Shown here piece after piece: positions 1-12,959 of a stretch of 64,000 nt of DNA (the first letter of the stretch is position 1; every line of letters starts with the position of its first letter). The DNA is taken from NCBI RefSeq assembly GCF_009914755.1, contig NC_060938.1. One strand, given 5' to 3'. The position numbers and the translations under genes are program-made. The DNA comes from the human T2T-CHM13v2.0 reference genome, Homo sapiens. A model generated the notes under the pieces. The model saw nothing but the letters and a program-made list of their open reading frames with translations, searched no databases and was not told where the DNA came from.

Positions 1-440
1 TATCCATTTACATTTACTTATTTTTGACAGTTTATCTAGAGTATTTGTGAGAACTGAGGTATTAGACAAAGCTAGTCATCATTTCTAGGTTATTTTATTG
101 TTAACCATGTTATAGCCTGTGAATATCAGGTGTTCACATAAGTGAGGACTTCAAAGTTAAATACATGGGTATTTTACCAATAACACAGAAAATTCCATTA
201 TTTTTGTTCAACAAACCATATTAAATTGGTCTTATGTATTTAAAAAATCACATAAACAAATATTCTTTTTTTTCCTGTGTTTACAGCTTTATAACCTTCA
301 TGCCAAACCCTAGCATCTTAAAATATCTAGCAAATGTAAATATAAAACACAGAAATGTATGCTGACAATTCTGAAGACATTTCTATTTTTATTTTATCAA
401 TACTTTTTAAATTATTTGTATTTATAAAAGAACTCTTTTG

Positions 441-750
441 TCTGGGCACAGTGGTTCATGCCTGTATCCCAGCAGTTTGAGAGGCTGTGGCAAGAGGATC
501 ACTTGAGCTCAGGAGTTTGAGACCAGCCTGGGCAACATAGTGAGACCCAATCTCTACTAAGAATAAGATAAACAATTACCAGGCATGGTGGTGCATGCCT
601 ATTGTCGCCTCTACTAGAGAGGATGAGGCAGGAGGATTGCTTGAGCCTGGGAGTTTGAGATAACAGTGAGCTATGATCCCACTACTGCACTCCAGTCTGG
701 GGAACAGATTGAGACCTTAGAGTGAGACCTTGTCTCAAAAAGACAAAAAA
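441..750 (+). mobile_element. AluJ element
   Basis: Dimeric Alu with J-type 'gaggatcacttgagctcagg', 'ggcaacatagtgagacc', 'gaggattgcttgagcctggg'; A-rich tail. Confidence 0.9.
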
Positions 751-995
751 ATAAAGAATTGTTTCATTCTTTTGTTTTTCTTCAGCCAAGTAACCTTGAA
801 TTGGTAACACCACAGACAGTAAGTCTTATCTCAACACCAGTAGACAAATCAGCAGATTCAAAGTAGGCAGGGAAATAAAAAGATAGGCAAAAGAATTGAG
901 ACTTTTTCATTTTAGGGTTTTTAAAAATAGTAACTATTTGAGTTCTGAATTTTCTTTCATGTAATTTGGCCGTCAGGTTTAAAGTGTGCACTAGA

Positions 996-1290
996 GGCCA
1001 GGTGCAGTGGCTCATTCATGTAATCCCAACACTACGGGAGGCTGAGGCAGGTGGATCACTTGAGGCCTGGAGTTTGAGACCAGCCTGGCCAACGTGACAA
1101 AACCCCATCTCTACTGAAAATACAAAAATTAACTGGGTGTGGTGGTGTGCACCTGTAGTCTCAGCTATTCAGGAGGCTGAGGAAGGATAATCGCTCAAAC
1201 CTGGGAGGCGGAGGTTGCAGTGAGCCGCGATTGTACCACCATACTCCATCCTGGGCAACAGAGCAAGACTCTGTGTCAAAAAGAAAAAGA
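996..1290 (+). mobile_element. AluS (Sx/Sz-like) element
   Basis: Full dimeric Alu with A-rich tail, followed by (AT)n at 1291-1315. Confidence 0.92.
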
Positions 1291-1317
1291 ATATATATAT
1301 ATATATATATATATACA

Positions 1318-1604
1318 GGCTGGGAACAGTGGCTCATGCCTGTAATCCCAGCAGTTTGGGAGGCCAAGGCAGGTGGATCACTTGAGATCAGGAGTTTGAG
1401 ACCAGCCTGGCCAACATGGTGAAACCTCATCTCTACTAAAACCACAAAAATTAGCCGGGTATGGTGGTGCACACCTGTAATCACAGCTACTCAGGAGGCT
1501 GAGACAGGAGAATTGCTCGAACCTGGGAAGTGGAGGTTGCAGTGAGCCAAGAACACAACACTGTACTCCAGCGTGGGCAACAGAGTGAGACTCTGTCTCA
1601 AAAA
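1318..1604 (+). mobile_element. AluS (Sx-like) element in tandem with the previous Alu
   Basis: Full dimeric Alu directly after the (AT)n tract. Confidence 0.92.
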
Positions 1605-1606
1605 CA

Positions 1607-1618
1607 TGTGTGTATGTG

Positions 1619-1651
<33 letters not shown>

Positions 1652-1666
1652 ATGTGTGTGTGTGTG
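1607..1666. repeat. (TG)n microsatellite
   Basis: About 30 TG units with few interruptions. Confidence 0.97.
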
Positions 1667-2381
1667 GCTAGAATGGTCCATAATATATAGCCAGCTCCAG
1701 TCCCAGAAAACCTAGCAAGCTTAAGGTTAGAGCTTCTCATTTTGGCCTTTTCAAGATTAATTCTCGTTTAGTAAGCCCTTCCCCTCTAGGGAGGTACTTG
1801 CCGGAGCGCTGCCTGAAGTTGGTTTTCTGATGCCCTGTTGTTTCTGTTCTGAATGGTTTATTTCTCATTATAAGAGCTCAGCAAAGCAGGCAGAGTTAAA
1901 AAGCAGAGACATGAAGGCTTTAAAATCATGGACTTCACTCCTACACTGAATCTCAGGTCCCCGGAAAGACAGAAACACCATGGGACCACAGCAAAGGCAG
2001 AAGGAGGAATGAGAGAGGGAGGTGGACAGAACAACAAACAGGAGTTGGCTCTCAATTTTTCAAATGTGCCATTTTGTTTAGGTTTTTCTAGTTTATGGAG
2101 TCTTTTTGTTCCAGTTGATCACGCAGATAAACTAGAGATCTCACAAGGCTTTTGCTGAGAACATCAAAGCCTTTAACCTCTGTTGGGCCAAATATTTAGA
2201 CCAAAAATACAGATAGACACACAAAAGCCAGAACCAGACCAGATTGAGTATCTCAGTGGCTACAGCCTTTATTCCCTTTATTCTTTAGGATTCGAACTCA
2301 AACCAGATTCAGGATTCTAACCCAACCAGGACACCCCTGGGGTGAAACTGAAACCCCACAGTCTAGACAAGGTTGGGGGTC

Positions 2382-2682
<301 letters not shown>

Positions 2683-2805
2683 TGCTTGTTCTTTTCATTT
2701 CATCCTTATCTCCGAATGCAGGAGAGTAGCTGATTTGGTGTTCACTAACAAGCACAGAAGCTTTGTTACATTTACAGTGTCATTCTTGGGAAAACCTGAA
2801 GTTTT

Positions 2806-3018
2806 GCCTCCCGGGTTCACACCATTCTCCTGCCTCAGCCTCCTGAGTAGCTGGGACTATAGGCGCCCGCCACCTCACCCAGCTAATTTTTTGTATTTTT
2901 AGTAGAGACGGGGTTTCACCGTGTTAGCCAGGATGGTCTCGATCTCCTGACCTTGTGATCCACCCACCTCGGCCTCCCAGAGTGCTGGGATTACAGGCTT
3001 GAGACACCACGCCCAGCC
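2806..3018 (-). mobile_element. AluY, 3'-truncated (lacks roughly the last 70-85 nt and the poly-A)
   Basis: Y-type 'gggttcacaccattctc', 'ggcgcccgcc', 'gttagccaggatggtctcgatc'; the sequence stops abruptly near 2800-2806. Confidence 0.9.
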
Positions 3019-6000
3019 AGAGGCTCTAATTTCAATGATGATTGTGCTTTTTATCTCTTCCTCAGCATCTGGTTCATGATAAAATTTCAGGCATCTTGAT
3101 GGTATCTAAATCAATTGTTGATTCTGTCCTGGAGAAACACAAGCATAACCTCTATGCCAAGTTATAATTTTACCTATTTCCCAACTTTTTGTTATTGGAT
3201 CTCTCCACCAAACCAGTTATTCTGCTTCTGTCTTCGCAGCTGCTTTCTGTAGATGCTGTTCAGCTGCTGATAACATCTGGCCTTTGGGCAGGCTTAAAAA
3301 ATTGAAAGTTAATAATGCTAGATTCAATTGTATATGGGCTATCCCTTAATCCCTGTTTCTCCCCCTTTTTTGTTTTTATTATCAGTTGTTCATCTGTATG
3401 AAATTGTAACTGAGCATTTTCAATTAACTGTGTGGAGTGAACCATGTATGAAGAATCAGAAATCACATTAATAGGCATATCAAAAGCAGTCAATACCTCA
3501 ATTACAGCTACAAGCTCCACTTTTTGAGCTGAAGTATAGGGTGTCTGGAAAACTTTACCTTTTGATCCAGAATAAGAAGCTTTACCATTACTATACCCAT
3601 CTGTGAAACAATGAAAACACTTCGCAGGCTGCAGGTTGCTTACTGCAGGAATTGTAAATGCAAACCGTTCACAGTATTGCTCAGCTAAAAGGGTAGTAAA
3701 GAAACAGTCTTTTAAATCTGTGACTATTAAAGGCCAATTTTTTGGAATTATAGTAGGAGAAGGCAATCCTGGCTGTTATGTTTCCATAGGTTGTATAACT
3801 GAATTGATGGCTCTTAAGTCAGTTAACATTCTCCATTTACCTGATTTTTTCTTAATTATGAAAACTGGAGAATTCCAAGGGGAAAATGTTGGAGCTATGT
3901 GCCCATTTTCTAATTGTTCAGTAACTATTTTCTCTAAAGCTTCCAGTTTCTCTTTGCTTAGCAGCCATTATTCTATCCAAATTGGCTTATCTGTTAACCA
4001 TTTTAAAGGTATAGGTTCTGGAGGCTTAACAATGGCCACCATCAAAAATGATATCCTAATCTTTGGCAAGAACTTTGTCTTTCCGTTTGAAGCAGTTCTT
4101 TCAAACGTTGCAAATTTTTTTTCTACTCCCATTCCACGGACATGCCCCATTTCGTGCATCATATGCTGACTTTGAGGGCTGTGTAATTGTTATGGAATTA
4201 GAACTTGTGCTACCCATTGTCATAATAAATCTCTCCCCCATAAATTTATAGGTACAGAAGTTGTAATTGGTTGAATAGTCCCAGGTTGTCCATCGGGCCC
4301 TTCACAATGCAAAATATAGCTACTTTGATATACTTCTGGGGCTTTAGCAGTTTCCACTGTGTTAAATTGAGTGGGCTGAATTGGCCACGTGGACGGCCAG
4401 TGCTGTAGAGAAATGATTGAAATGTCTGCTCCTACCAAAAAAAAAATATTATCTACCAAACCTTTAAAGTTCTGTCCCTGGATAGTTATTTAAAAGGTAG
4501 GATGTTTATCAGTAATTTGATTTACCCAATAAGCTGCCTTGCCTTTTTTATTTGTGCTTCCAAATCCTCCAGTTCATTTAATTTCACTTTTTCCCATTCC
4601 CACATACGGCACACTCAGGAGCTGTGCTATGCGCACTTCTGGCTGATGCTTTCCAGGGAACAGAAGTAGATATCACAATTTGAATTTCCTCATTGTAATC
4701 TGAATCAATGACTCCAGTGTGTATTTGTACCCCTTCTAAACTTAAACTAGACCTTCTGAAAAGTAATCCCATTGTCCCTGTTGGCAACGGTCCACAGACT
4801 CCTGTTGGGACCTTTTGCGGGGGTTCCCCAGGCAGAAGGCTCACAGCTTTTGTGCAGCATAAATCTACTGTGGCACTATGGCCTGTGGTGGGGGACAGAT
4901 AATGTATGGAGGTGAGGGAATAGCCTGAGCTGGAAATGCCCTGGTTTAGAACAGGGCCTGGGATGGGCCCCTCAGGGAGTTTCCTGAAATCGGATTCCCT
5001 TCTTTATCAAACCTAGAGTGACACTGATTAGCCCAAAGTTTTCCTATTTTACATTTTGGACATATTTCAGGATCAGCAGTTTTCTTTTTTCCCCTATCTG
5101 GTGGCCTTACTCGCTGTTTTTCTACATTCTTTTTAGTATGACCATGCTTCCCACAGTTAAAACAAGCTCCAGGAAATGGAGTATTTCCTTTATCCACTCT
5201 CAGTCCTGCCATCGCCTGTGCCAACAAAGTAGCTTTATGTAGATTACCTCTGATACTATCACAGGCCTTGATATAATCAACTAAATGTGCTTTCCCTCTG
5301 ATAGGTCGCAGAGCAGCCTAGCAATAGTGATTAGCATTGTCAAAAGCTAATAACTGCAAAAGTATATCCTAAGCAGCCAAATCTGCAATCATCTTTTTAA
5401 GAGATTCCTGTAACCAAGCTACAAAATCCACGCATGTTTCTCTTGGTCCCTGTTTTATAGCACTAAAGGAAGGGTATTGTTCTCCACATGAAGTGATTTT
5501 TTTCAAGCTCTAATGCACACTCCTCTAAGCTGTTCTATGGCATCATCTTGCATGACCACTTGTGCATGTAAACCAGCCCAGCCACCAACCCCCAAAAGTT
5601 GGTCTGCAGTTATATTAATTTGAGGTTGGGCCCAGGCATTGCGAGCAGCCTGAATGGAAGTTTCATCTGCCCACTAAGTTTTAAATCGTAAGAACTGAGC
5701 AGGAATTAGACAAGCTCGAGTAATAGTGTCCCAGTCAGTAGGAATCATCTGACTGGAAACAGCAACATTCTTTAACGGTCCCATTTCAAAAGGAGAACCT
5801 GGTCCATACTGATTTGTAGCGTGTTTAAATTTTTTGAGTAATTTAAAAGGAAAAGGCTCAAATGTAGCTATAATATTTCCCTGTTGATCGGCGGGGTGTA
5901 TTCAAACAGGGAACTGCCAAGCCTCTAAATCCCACTTTTGTCTAGCTTGCTGAATTCCTGCCTGAATAGAACTAAGAGCAGTCGCTCAAGGCGCTGCTCG

Positions 6001-6409
6001 AACAGTCACCAGGGCAACTACTTTTCACCCAGTGTCCTCTAGAAAAGAAAGATCTGGAGGGTCGTTTTCTTCAAAATAATAATGAGGGGGTGCAGAAGGG
6101 TAGGGATGAACCTCTCCTTCCTTTTCTGCTTTAGATTTAGGTGGCAAATAAACCTGGTCTGTAACCTCTACTGTTACTTTGTTATACTCTCCTTCCTCCT
6201 CATCATCAGTGTGAAAAAGTTCCAAGGTAGAACGAACCACAGCCCACACTTGTCCCATTGTTACCCTGAAGCTTCCGAGCTCCCCTTCTTACTCACCACT
6301 GGGATTGCTTTAAGAGTACTCAGGTGTCCTCCAGCTAGTTCCACATTCTCCAATCGTTGCTCCAGCGATCCTTTGACCTATATTCGAGCCCCCATGAATT
6401 TGCATCACT
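3019..6409 (-). mobile_element. HERV-K(HML-3)/HERVK9 internal region: deleted gag-pro-pol remnant, most of env and the 3' LTR missing
   Basis: Gag MGQVWAVVRST (6258); two CCHC knuckles (CFNCGKHGH, CPKCKIGKLWANQC); dUTPase (HTGVIDSDY); protease (GADISII, INLWGRDLL); G-patch ([11 protein letters not shown]); RT motif DLKDCFF; RNase H (CFTDG..SAQKVEL..SDSSY); abuts a MER9 LTR. Confidence 0.9.
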
Positions 6410-6922
6410 TGCTGAGACCAGGTCGGTCGGGGAGACCCTAACCCAGCAGCGCTAGAGGAATTAAAGATATACACACTGAAATATAGAGGTGTGAAGTGGG
6501 AAATCAGGGGTCTCACAGCCTTCAGAGCTGAGAGCCCTGAACAGAGATTTACCCACGTATTTATTAACAGCAAGCCAGTCATTAGCATTGTTTCTATATA
6601 TATTAGATTAACTAAAAGTATTCCTTATGGGAAACGAAGGGATGGGCTGAATTAAAGGAATAGGTTGGGCTAGTTAACTGCAGCAGAAGCATGTTCTTAA
6701 GGCACAGATCACTCATCCTATTGTTTGTGGCTTAAGAATGTTTTTAAGTGGTTTTCCACCCTGGACGGGCCAGGTATTCCTTGTCCTCATTCCAGTAAAC
6801 CCACAACCTTACAGCGTGGGTGTTATGGCCATCATGAACATGTCACAGTGCTGCAGAGATTTTGTTTATGGCCAGTTTTGGGGCCAGTTTATGGCCGGAT
6901 TTGAGGGGTCTTGTTCCCAACA
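6410..6922 (-). mobile_element. MER9 (HML-3) 5' LTR
   Basis: 513 bp with TG...CA termini (minus strand starts tgttgggaacaag, ends ggtctcagca) and 'ggccataaactggccccaaaactggccataaac' repeats; degenerate Lys-type PBS just downstream. Confidence 0.9.
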
Positions 6923-8697
6923 GTTCCTCAGGGTAAGGCTGCCCTAACGCCTGTGGGGACCTTCTTTGGTGGCTCCCCAGGAAGTAAGGAGATGGGAATT
7001 GTTCTGTAGAGGTCTACAGCAGCACTGCTTGCTGAGGCGGGGGACAATTGTTGTACATTTGTAAGGGCAGTGGCTGTGCTGGGTATGCCTCGGTTTGTTG
7101 AGGGGCTCAAGGTGGGTCCCTCTTCCTATTTCCTGAAAGAGGTTGCCCATCTTTGCTAAATTTAGAATGACACGGACTTGCCTAGTGATTGCCTTTCTTA
7201 CACCAGGGACATACACTGGGACTTTTCTGTTGATTGATGGTAGTAGTTTTCGTCTTTTTAATTCCTTTCTACATTCCTTTCTTGTGTCCAATTTGCCCAC
7301 AATTAAGGCAAGAGCCTGAGAAATGAAACATATTTTTTCTTACTCTTAATCTAGCCATAGCCTGAGCTAAAAGAATAGCCTTATGTAAGTTACCTCCAAT
7401 GCCATCGCAAGCCTTAATATATTTAGTTAAATAAGCCTTCTCTCTCAGGGGTCTAATAGCAGTTTGACACTCTGCATTAGCATTATTGTATGCAAGAAGC
7501 TGTATTACAACATCTTGAGCTGTTTTTATCATTTGTGGCTTTATACACAGCCTCTTGGATCTGAGCAATAAAATTAATATATGGTTGTTTAGGTCCTTGT
7601 CAGACAGAACTGAAATAAGGATACTTTTCCCCTGTAACATTTATCCTTTTCTATGCCTGTAAGCACATGAAGCACAGCTGAACAATGGCAACATCTTCCA
7701 TTACTGCTTGATTCTCTAATCAACCCCGGTTAGGGCCAACTCATATTAACTGATCAAAGAAAACAGGCACAGGTGGCTGCACTTCTGTGTTTTCATTTGC
7801 CTGAGTTTGAGCTTCATCAGCCTACCAAGTTTTAAACTGCAAGTACTGAGATGGAGTGAGAACAGGTTTTGTCAAAGTATCCTAATTTTATAGTAGTAAT
7901 CTATTACCAAGAGCCATATTTTTTAATAAAGTTTGCACAAAAAGAGAGTTCAGTCCATATTGACTAATGGCTTGCTTAAATTCTTTAGTAACTTAAAAGA
8001 AAAAACAGCCTAATTAGCTATATTCTGTCCTACTTGCTGGATTATAGTAACGGGAAATTGCCATGCTTCAAGGTCTCCCTTGGCTTTAGCTTTTTGAATA
8101 GAATTTTGTCTAGCACCACCAATTGCTCCAGGTTTTAATGTTGCAACTACAGGAGCAGTAAGTTTTTCAGCTAATTTATTTTCTCACCCATTTAGGGGAG
8201 AGAGAGGAGGTGGCCATTCACTTAATTCAGCAGGTGGAGCAAATGGGCTAGTAAAACATACTTTTTAAAGTCTTTCTTTTCTTTAATCTCCTCCGGTAGC
8301 TGTTCTTCACACTCAGAATTTGAAGTTAGTTTTTTACACTCATCCTCCTCTTCCTCATCTGACTCTGCCTCATCATCTCTTTGAAATGGCTCAAAGTCTG
8401 CCTTTATTAGTGCCCACACTGACCATTCAGGAACTGGAATTTTTGCTCCATCTTTATATGCCTTTTAAAAATCTCTTCCAATTCTCTCCCGTTCATCTAA
8501 CTTCATACTCCTTTGTTCTGGAAACCATGGGCAAAACTGTTTTACTGTACTAAAGAGTGATAACAAATTCTAAGTACTAACTTTCACTCCCCATCTTTGT
8601 ATGTCCTCGGGTGTCTTTTGATGATGTGTCCTCTGCTTTCACATGCTCTAGCCTTCCTTCATCGGGGTCTTTGTCATCCCATGTTGGGCGCCAAGAA
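6923..8697 (-). mobile_element. HERV-K(HML-1)/HERVK14-like internal region (gag and start of dUTPase/pro), defective
   Basis: Gag fragments WALIKADFEPFQ and LLAYNNANAECQTAIRPL..YIKACDGIGG..CLNCGQIGH; dUTPase N-terminus SAAVDL..LLPGEPPKKVPTGV cut off by the MER9 LTR. Confidence 0.8.
8676..8693 (-). promoter_or_regulatory. tRNA-Lys primer binding site
   Basis: Minus strand TGGCGCCCAACATGGGAT versus the canonical Lys PBS TGGCGCCCAACGTGGGGC, 4 nt after the LTR end. Confidence 0.85.
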
Positions 8698-8984
8698 TGC
8701 TGGGGTGATCAGACCCAACACTAGGTCATGGGGGTGACAAAGTCCGGTGGAGTCAAAGGAATGAGAAAAAGACAGTTTGAGAGAGAAAGTGGGACCAGAG
8801 GACCATCACAAGTGTGGAGTCTGCAAAGTCCCCAAGCTCTGGGAGCCCACGCTATTTATTGGTGCTCAAACAAAGAAACAGGTGGTGAGGATGTGGGGGT
8901 TGAAAGGAAACGGAGTATCAAGTGAATGAGAAACATATGGCCCTGCCTCAGCTTCTCTTCCAACACTCAGCTTTTCTCCTAACA
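8698..8984 (-). mobile_element. LTR14A-like 5' LTR (HML-1), apparently with a ~60-bp internal deletion
   Basis: Minus strand starts tgttaggagaaaagctgagtgttgg, contains AATAAA, ends gatcaccccagca; followed by the PBS. Confidence 0.75.
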
Positions 8985-9768
8985 CGTCCCCCTTAAGAAC
9001 AGGAATAAAATAGGGATGCCTGTTCTCACCACTCCTGTTCAACAAGTCCTAGCCAGAGCAATCAGGCAAGAGAAAGAGATAAAATGCATCCAAATAGGAA
9101 ATGAAGTCAAATTATCTCTCTTCACTGATGATATGATTCTACACCTAGAAAACCCTAAAGACTGTGCCAAAAGGCTCCTAGAACTGATAAAAAAACTTCA
9201 GCGAAGTTTCAGGATAAAAAAAATCAACATATAAAAAGAAGTAGCATTTCTGTACACCAAAAATATTTAAACTGAGAGGTAAGTCAAGAGTGCAATCCTG
9301 TTTACAACAGCAACCCCCAAAATAAAATAAAAGAAGAATATGTCTAACCAAGGAGGTAAAGGATATCTAAAAGGAGAACTATAAAACACTGCAGAAAGAA
9401 ATCATAGATGACAAAACAAATGGAAAACCATTCCATGCTCATGGATTAGAAAGAGCAATATTGTTAGAATGGCTATACTGCCAAAAGCAATCTACACATT
9501 CAACATTATTCCTATGAAACAACCAATGTCGTTTTTCACAGAATCAGAAAAAAACTATTCTAAATTTCGTATGGATTTTTAAAGAGCCCAGACAACCAAA
9601 GGAAACCTAAGCAAGAAGAACAAAGCTGGAGACATCACATTACTTGACTTCATACTATACCCTAAGGCCACAGTAGACAAAATAGCATGGTGGCGATATG
9701 AAAACAGACACAAAGACCAATGCAACAGAATAGAGAACCCCAAAATAAACATGCACCTACAGCCATCA
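8985..9768 (+). mobile_element. Older L1 (L1PB/L1MA-like) ORF2 RT fragment
   Basis: [39 protein letters not shown]; frameshifted; ends abruptly. Confidence 0.85.
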
Positions 9769-10367
9769 GCTTTCCCAGGATAACACAAATAGAGCCAAGT
9801 GGCACCTGCACATTACATTGTGGAAGAAAAACCCAAGCTCAAGAAACCCAAACTTGTATTATGGGAAGTTCACTTGGCTGTACCCTTCCCAAGAGGGAGA
9901 AATTATCTGCATTATACTAGACAGTAAATAAAATTTTCCTTTGTTCCAGAAGGAGGTACTGGTTTTCTATTCCAAGGGTGTTTTCTATACAAACATGCTT
10001 GAAAATAATCATTTGGAACAAGAAAGTCAGCGTCCACACTTGCAAAATGTGTGGAAATTAAAGAGATCCAAAAACTGTTTCTCTACCAATTTCTATGTTT
10101 TAAAAATCACATTTTCCCCATATAATATGCTTTTAATATGTGATCATATTCTGAAATTGTCTTAGCATTTACCCCCATATCTGAGTCCAGAAGGATACAA
10201 TAAATTTAATTAAATTTAGTAACACTTCAAATAGTAGTGATTGTAATAGCAGAGCTAGTTTGTAGCATAAGGAAAAAATAATTATATTATTAGGTGACAC
10301 AAATAATGCTAGCCACCATTTCTAAGTGTCATGGTAAGTACAGTGATTATTTTCTTTTTTTCTGAAT

Positions 10368-10490
10368 CTTTTTTATTTTATTTTATTTTTTTTTCCCATA
10401 GGTTATTGGGGTATGGTGGTATTTGGTTCCATGAATAAGTTCTTTACTGGTTATTTGTGAGATTTGGGTGCACCCATCACCCGAACCGTG
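10368..10490 (-). mobile_element. L1 (L1PB-like) 3' end fragment
   Basis: Poly-T then 'cataggttattgggg...ggtgcacccatcacccga'. Confidence 0.65.
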
Positions 10491-10867
10491 AAATGAGTTC
10501 AAATGAATTGTCAAACGTATGTGGGAAAAGTGGAATCAGTTTGTGAGAAAAAGCAAAAAACTCAACAGAAATGCTGATAAAGCATCATCCCTTCATGGCT
10601 AGCGCTGCCAGGACACTAGAACACCAAAATCAGCTAGGGAAATTTTGTAGAAGTCCCAGATGTACTAAATGTTCTGTGAATACACAGAGATATAATTATA
10701 ACTGTTACCTGCATGTAGAGTAAAGATGAGAAGGCATTGGTCTTGGTGGCAGCTACCTCAGGAGTTACAAAGCAGACGTGGTTCCAGGACAGTATAAGTC
10801 AGGCAAAGCTGTCCTCGGAGGCTATTAGGAGCTGGTTATGGCACAGACATTGTAAGTCAGATGGTCT

Positions 10868-10915
10868 CATTACTTTCAATGACAAAACCAAAATTACTTT
10901 TGCATCAGCCTAATA
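10868..10915. mobile_element. MADE1 (Hsmar1 MITE) half element
   Basis: 'cattactttcaatgacaaaaccaaaattacttttgcatcagcctaa' followed by TA matches one mariner TIR. Confidence 0.7.
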
Positions 10916-11156
10916 CAACGGCCTGGCAAGAGCACAGAAAAAGTCCCTGTGCTGTTAGGTGGGGACCTCTGATGCAGCACAATTCCTTCATTCCCTTCTC
11001 CAAAACCCCCCTCTTCCAATTCCACTGAAGAGAGAATCTGATGGAAGTCCTGTGTAAGCAGGCTCAGATATATCTACCACTATAGACAGTAGAGGTGATT
11101 CACAAATCCAAGCCTATCAAATACATCATAAATAAGTTACACGTTTAATTTTTTTT

Positions 11157-11671
11157 TGAAATTAGGATCATGATATAAAAGTTATCAGAATCAAAACTGT
11201 CACTAATGTTTAAAAAGAAAAGAAAAAACCTGGACAAATAGATTCAGAGAAGGCCTTGAAGAGAGGGTTCTCGTGCTTCTAGGCCTGATACAAACTATCA
11301 CAAAATACCACAAAATCCACAACCTTGCACAAAGGCCATAGCGACCTTACACAAAATACACTTCTGTGAGGACATCTATCCAGCAACCGCCTGCCCAAAC
11401 TTCAACTGACATCGACCTTGTTGTTGATCTTTATAGTCAAAGGTAACTATATCAAAACAATTATAGAAGCCTCTTCATTTTTCCTTTATTTATTTTTTTT
11501 CTACTCCCCCATAATTCCAGGTTGATCGCTTTCTTTAAAAGACCTTGTCTTCCTTTACCATTTGAATCTACACAGTTTGCTTTGTCATGCATATTCCCAT
11601 TGCAGTGCCCTCCTCCCTAAGATGTGTCTTTTTCCTTTAGAGAGCCTTTCTGTTTGTTATTTAGGTTTACA
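11157..11671 (+). mobile_element. ERV1 solo LTR (MER34-family-like)
   Basis: TG...CA bounded ~515 bp, with 'cttgcacaaaggcc' core and end 'tagagagcctttctgtttgttatttaggtttaca'. Confidence 0.55.
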
Positions 11672-12959
11672 ATGAGAAGACGTGTAAAGTATTTTTACTG
11701 TCTTCCTAGGAAAAAATCACTGACTTACAATATTTATATTTATTTATTTACATTCCTGGGGATGAGGAATTAAAGATTTCACAAATTTTCTTATTGAGAA
11801 GATCGAAGTTTTCATGTAAGCAAAACTGAATATGTAAATTATGCTGCAGATAATATGCTCAAATGTTTACTTGTATTTAATTTGTTACACATGAATATTG
11901 CGTATGTAAGATAATATACTAAGAAATTATCACATTTAATGAAATGCTTTAATCAAATTCCTGATTGAATTTTTGATATCAATATATTTTTCCTTGTTTA
12001 ATCCATCTTTAGAGTGAACAGGGCTGTCTAGGCCAAAGTCCTCACTTCTATCTAAATTGTCTGAGTTACAGAACTTTTTGAATTTATTATGTTGTCACAG
12101 GAAGTTTCTTATTGCTTGTTTAAAGGAGTCTCTCTCAATATGATGCAGAATACAAAAGCACTGAAGGGCATATATCCTGAGTTTCTGTTACTGAAGCCAA
12201 AGGTTGCCAATTTCTTGTAGATCCTGCTAGAGTTAAACTTCATTTAAGTAATCATTAAAGGCTGCATTTATTCCCTCACTTGAACTTTTGATTTCACACT
12301 ATTAGGACTAATCCTCTAAGTCTTTGCTAAGTTATGTTCCTCCTTTTCTTGTGGCTTGACTCTGATGCTCTCTATATGCAACATCAATTGACATAAAGTA
12401 CATTCAGGGCAAGAGAGTTTCTTTAAATATTACTTTGTTATTCAAAATAATCACAAAAGCACTCATCGTAGGAAAACTTGTGAGGACTCAAATATAGGGA
12501 AATACTTTTTCTTTCTAAGGCACAATTCTCTAAAGAAGTTCACCTTAATTTGAATATACATGGGAAAATATCCTTGTTCACTAATAGTCTATATTCACTC
12601 TGTTTTCTTCCCTCATAGACCAGCCGGTTCACTATTATTCTCCAAATGATGCGTGCCTCCCTAGAGTCCAGGCTATCTGCATATCTAATTTTTCCCACAA
12701 ATTACTGTTTTGAATTGCACTGAATTCAATTCAAGGGGATGTCATTTATAAACAGTGCAAATATATACTGCACGAGGGATCTTAGAAATCATACACATGG
12801 TTTGATCCATAAGCTCATATGAGCGTGCAATGTCAAGTTTTTTCGTGTTTTTTTAAATCCACTTAAATTCTATTTTAAGCCACCATCTCCCTGTGCTGGT
12901 AGGGCAGTTAGCCTTCAATCATTTTAAGATGCTCCCCTCTAAGTACTGTGATAGTGATA

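Noticed and set aside
3019-8984. Coding-competent HERV-K genes
   Set aside because: gag, pro and pol are all fragmented and deleted; most of env and both 3' LTRs are absent.
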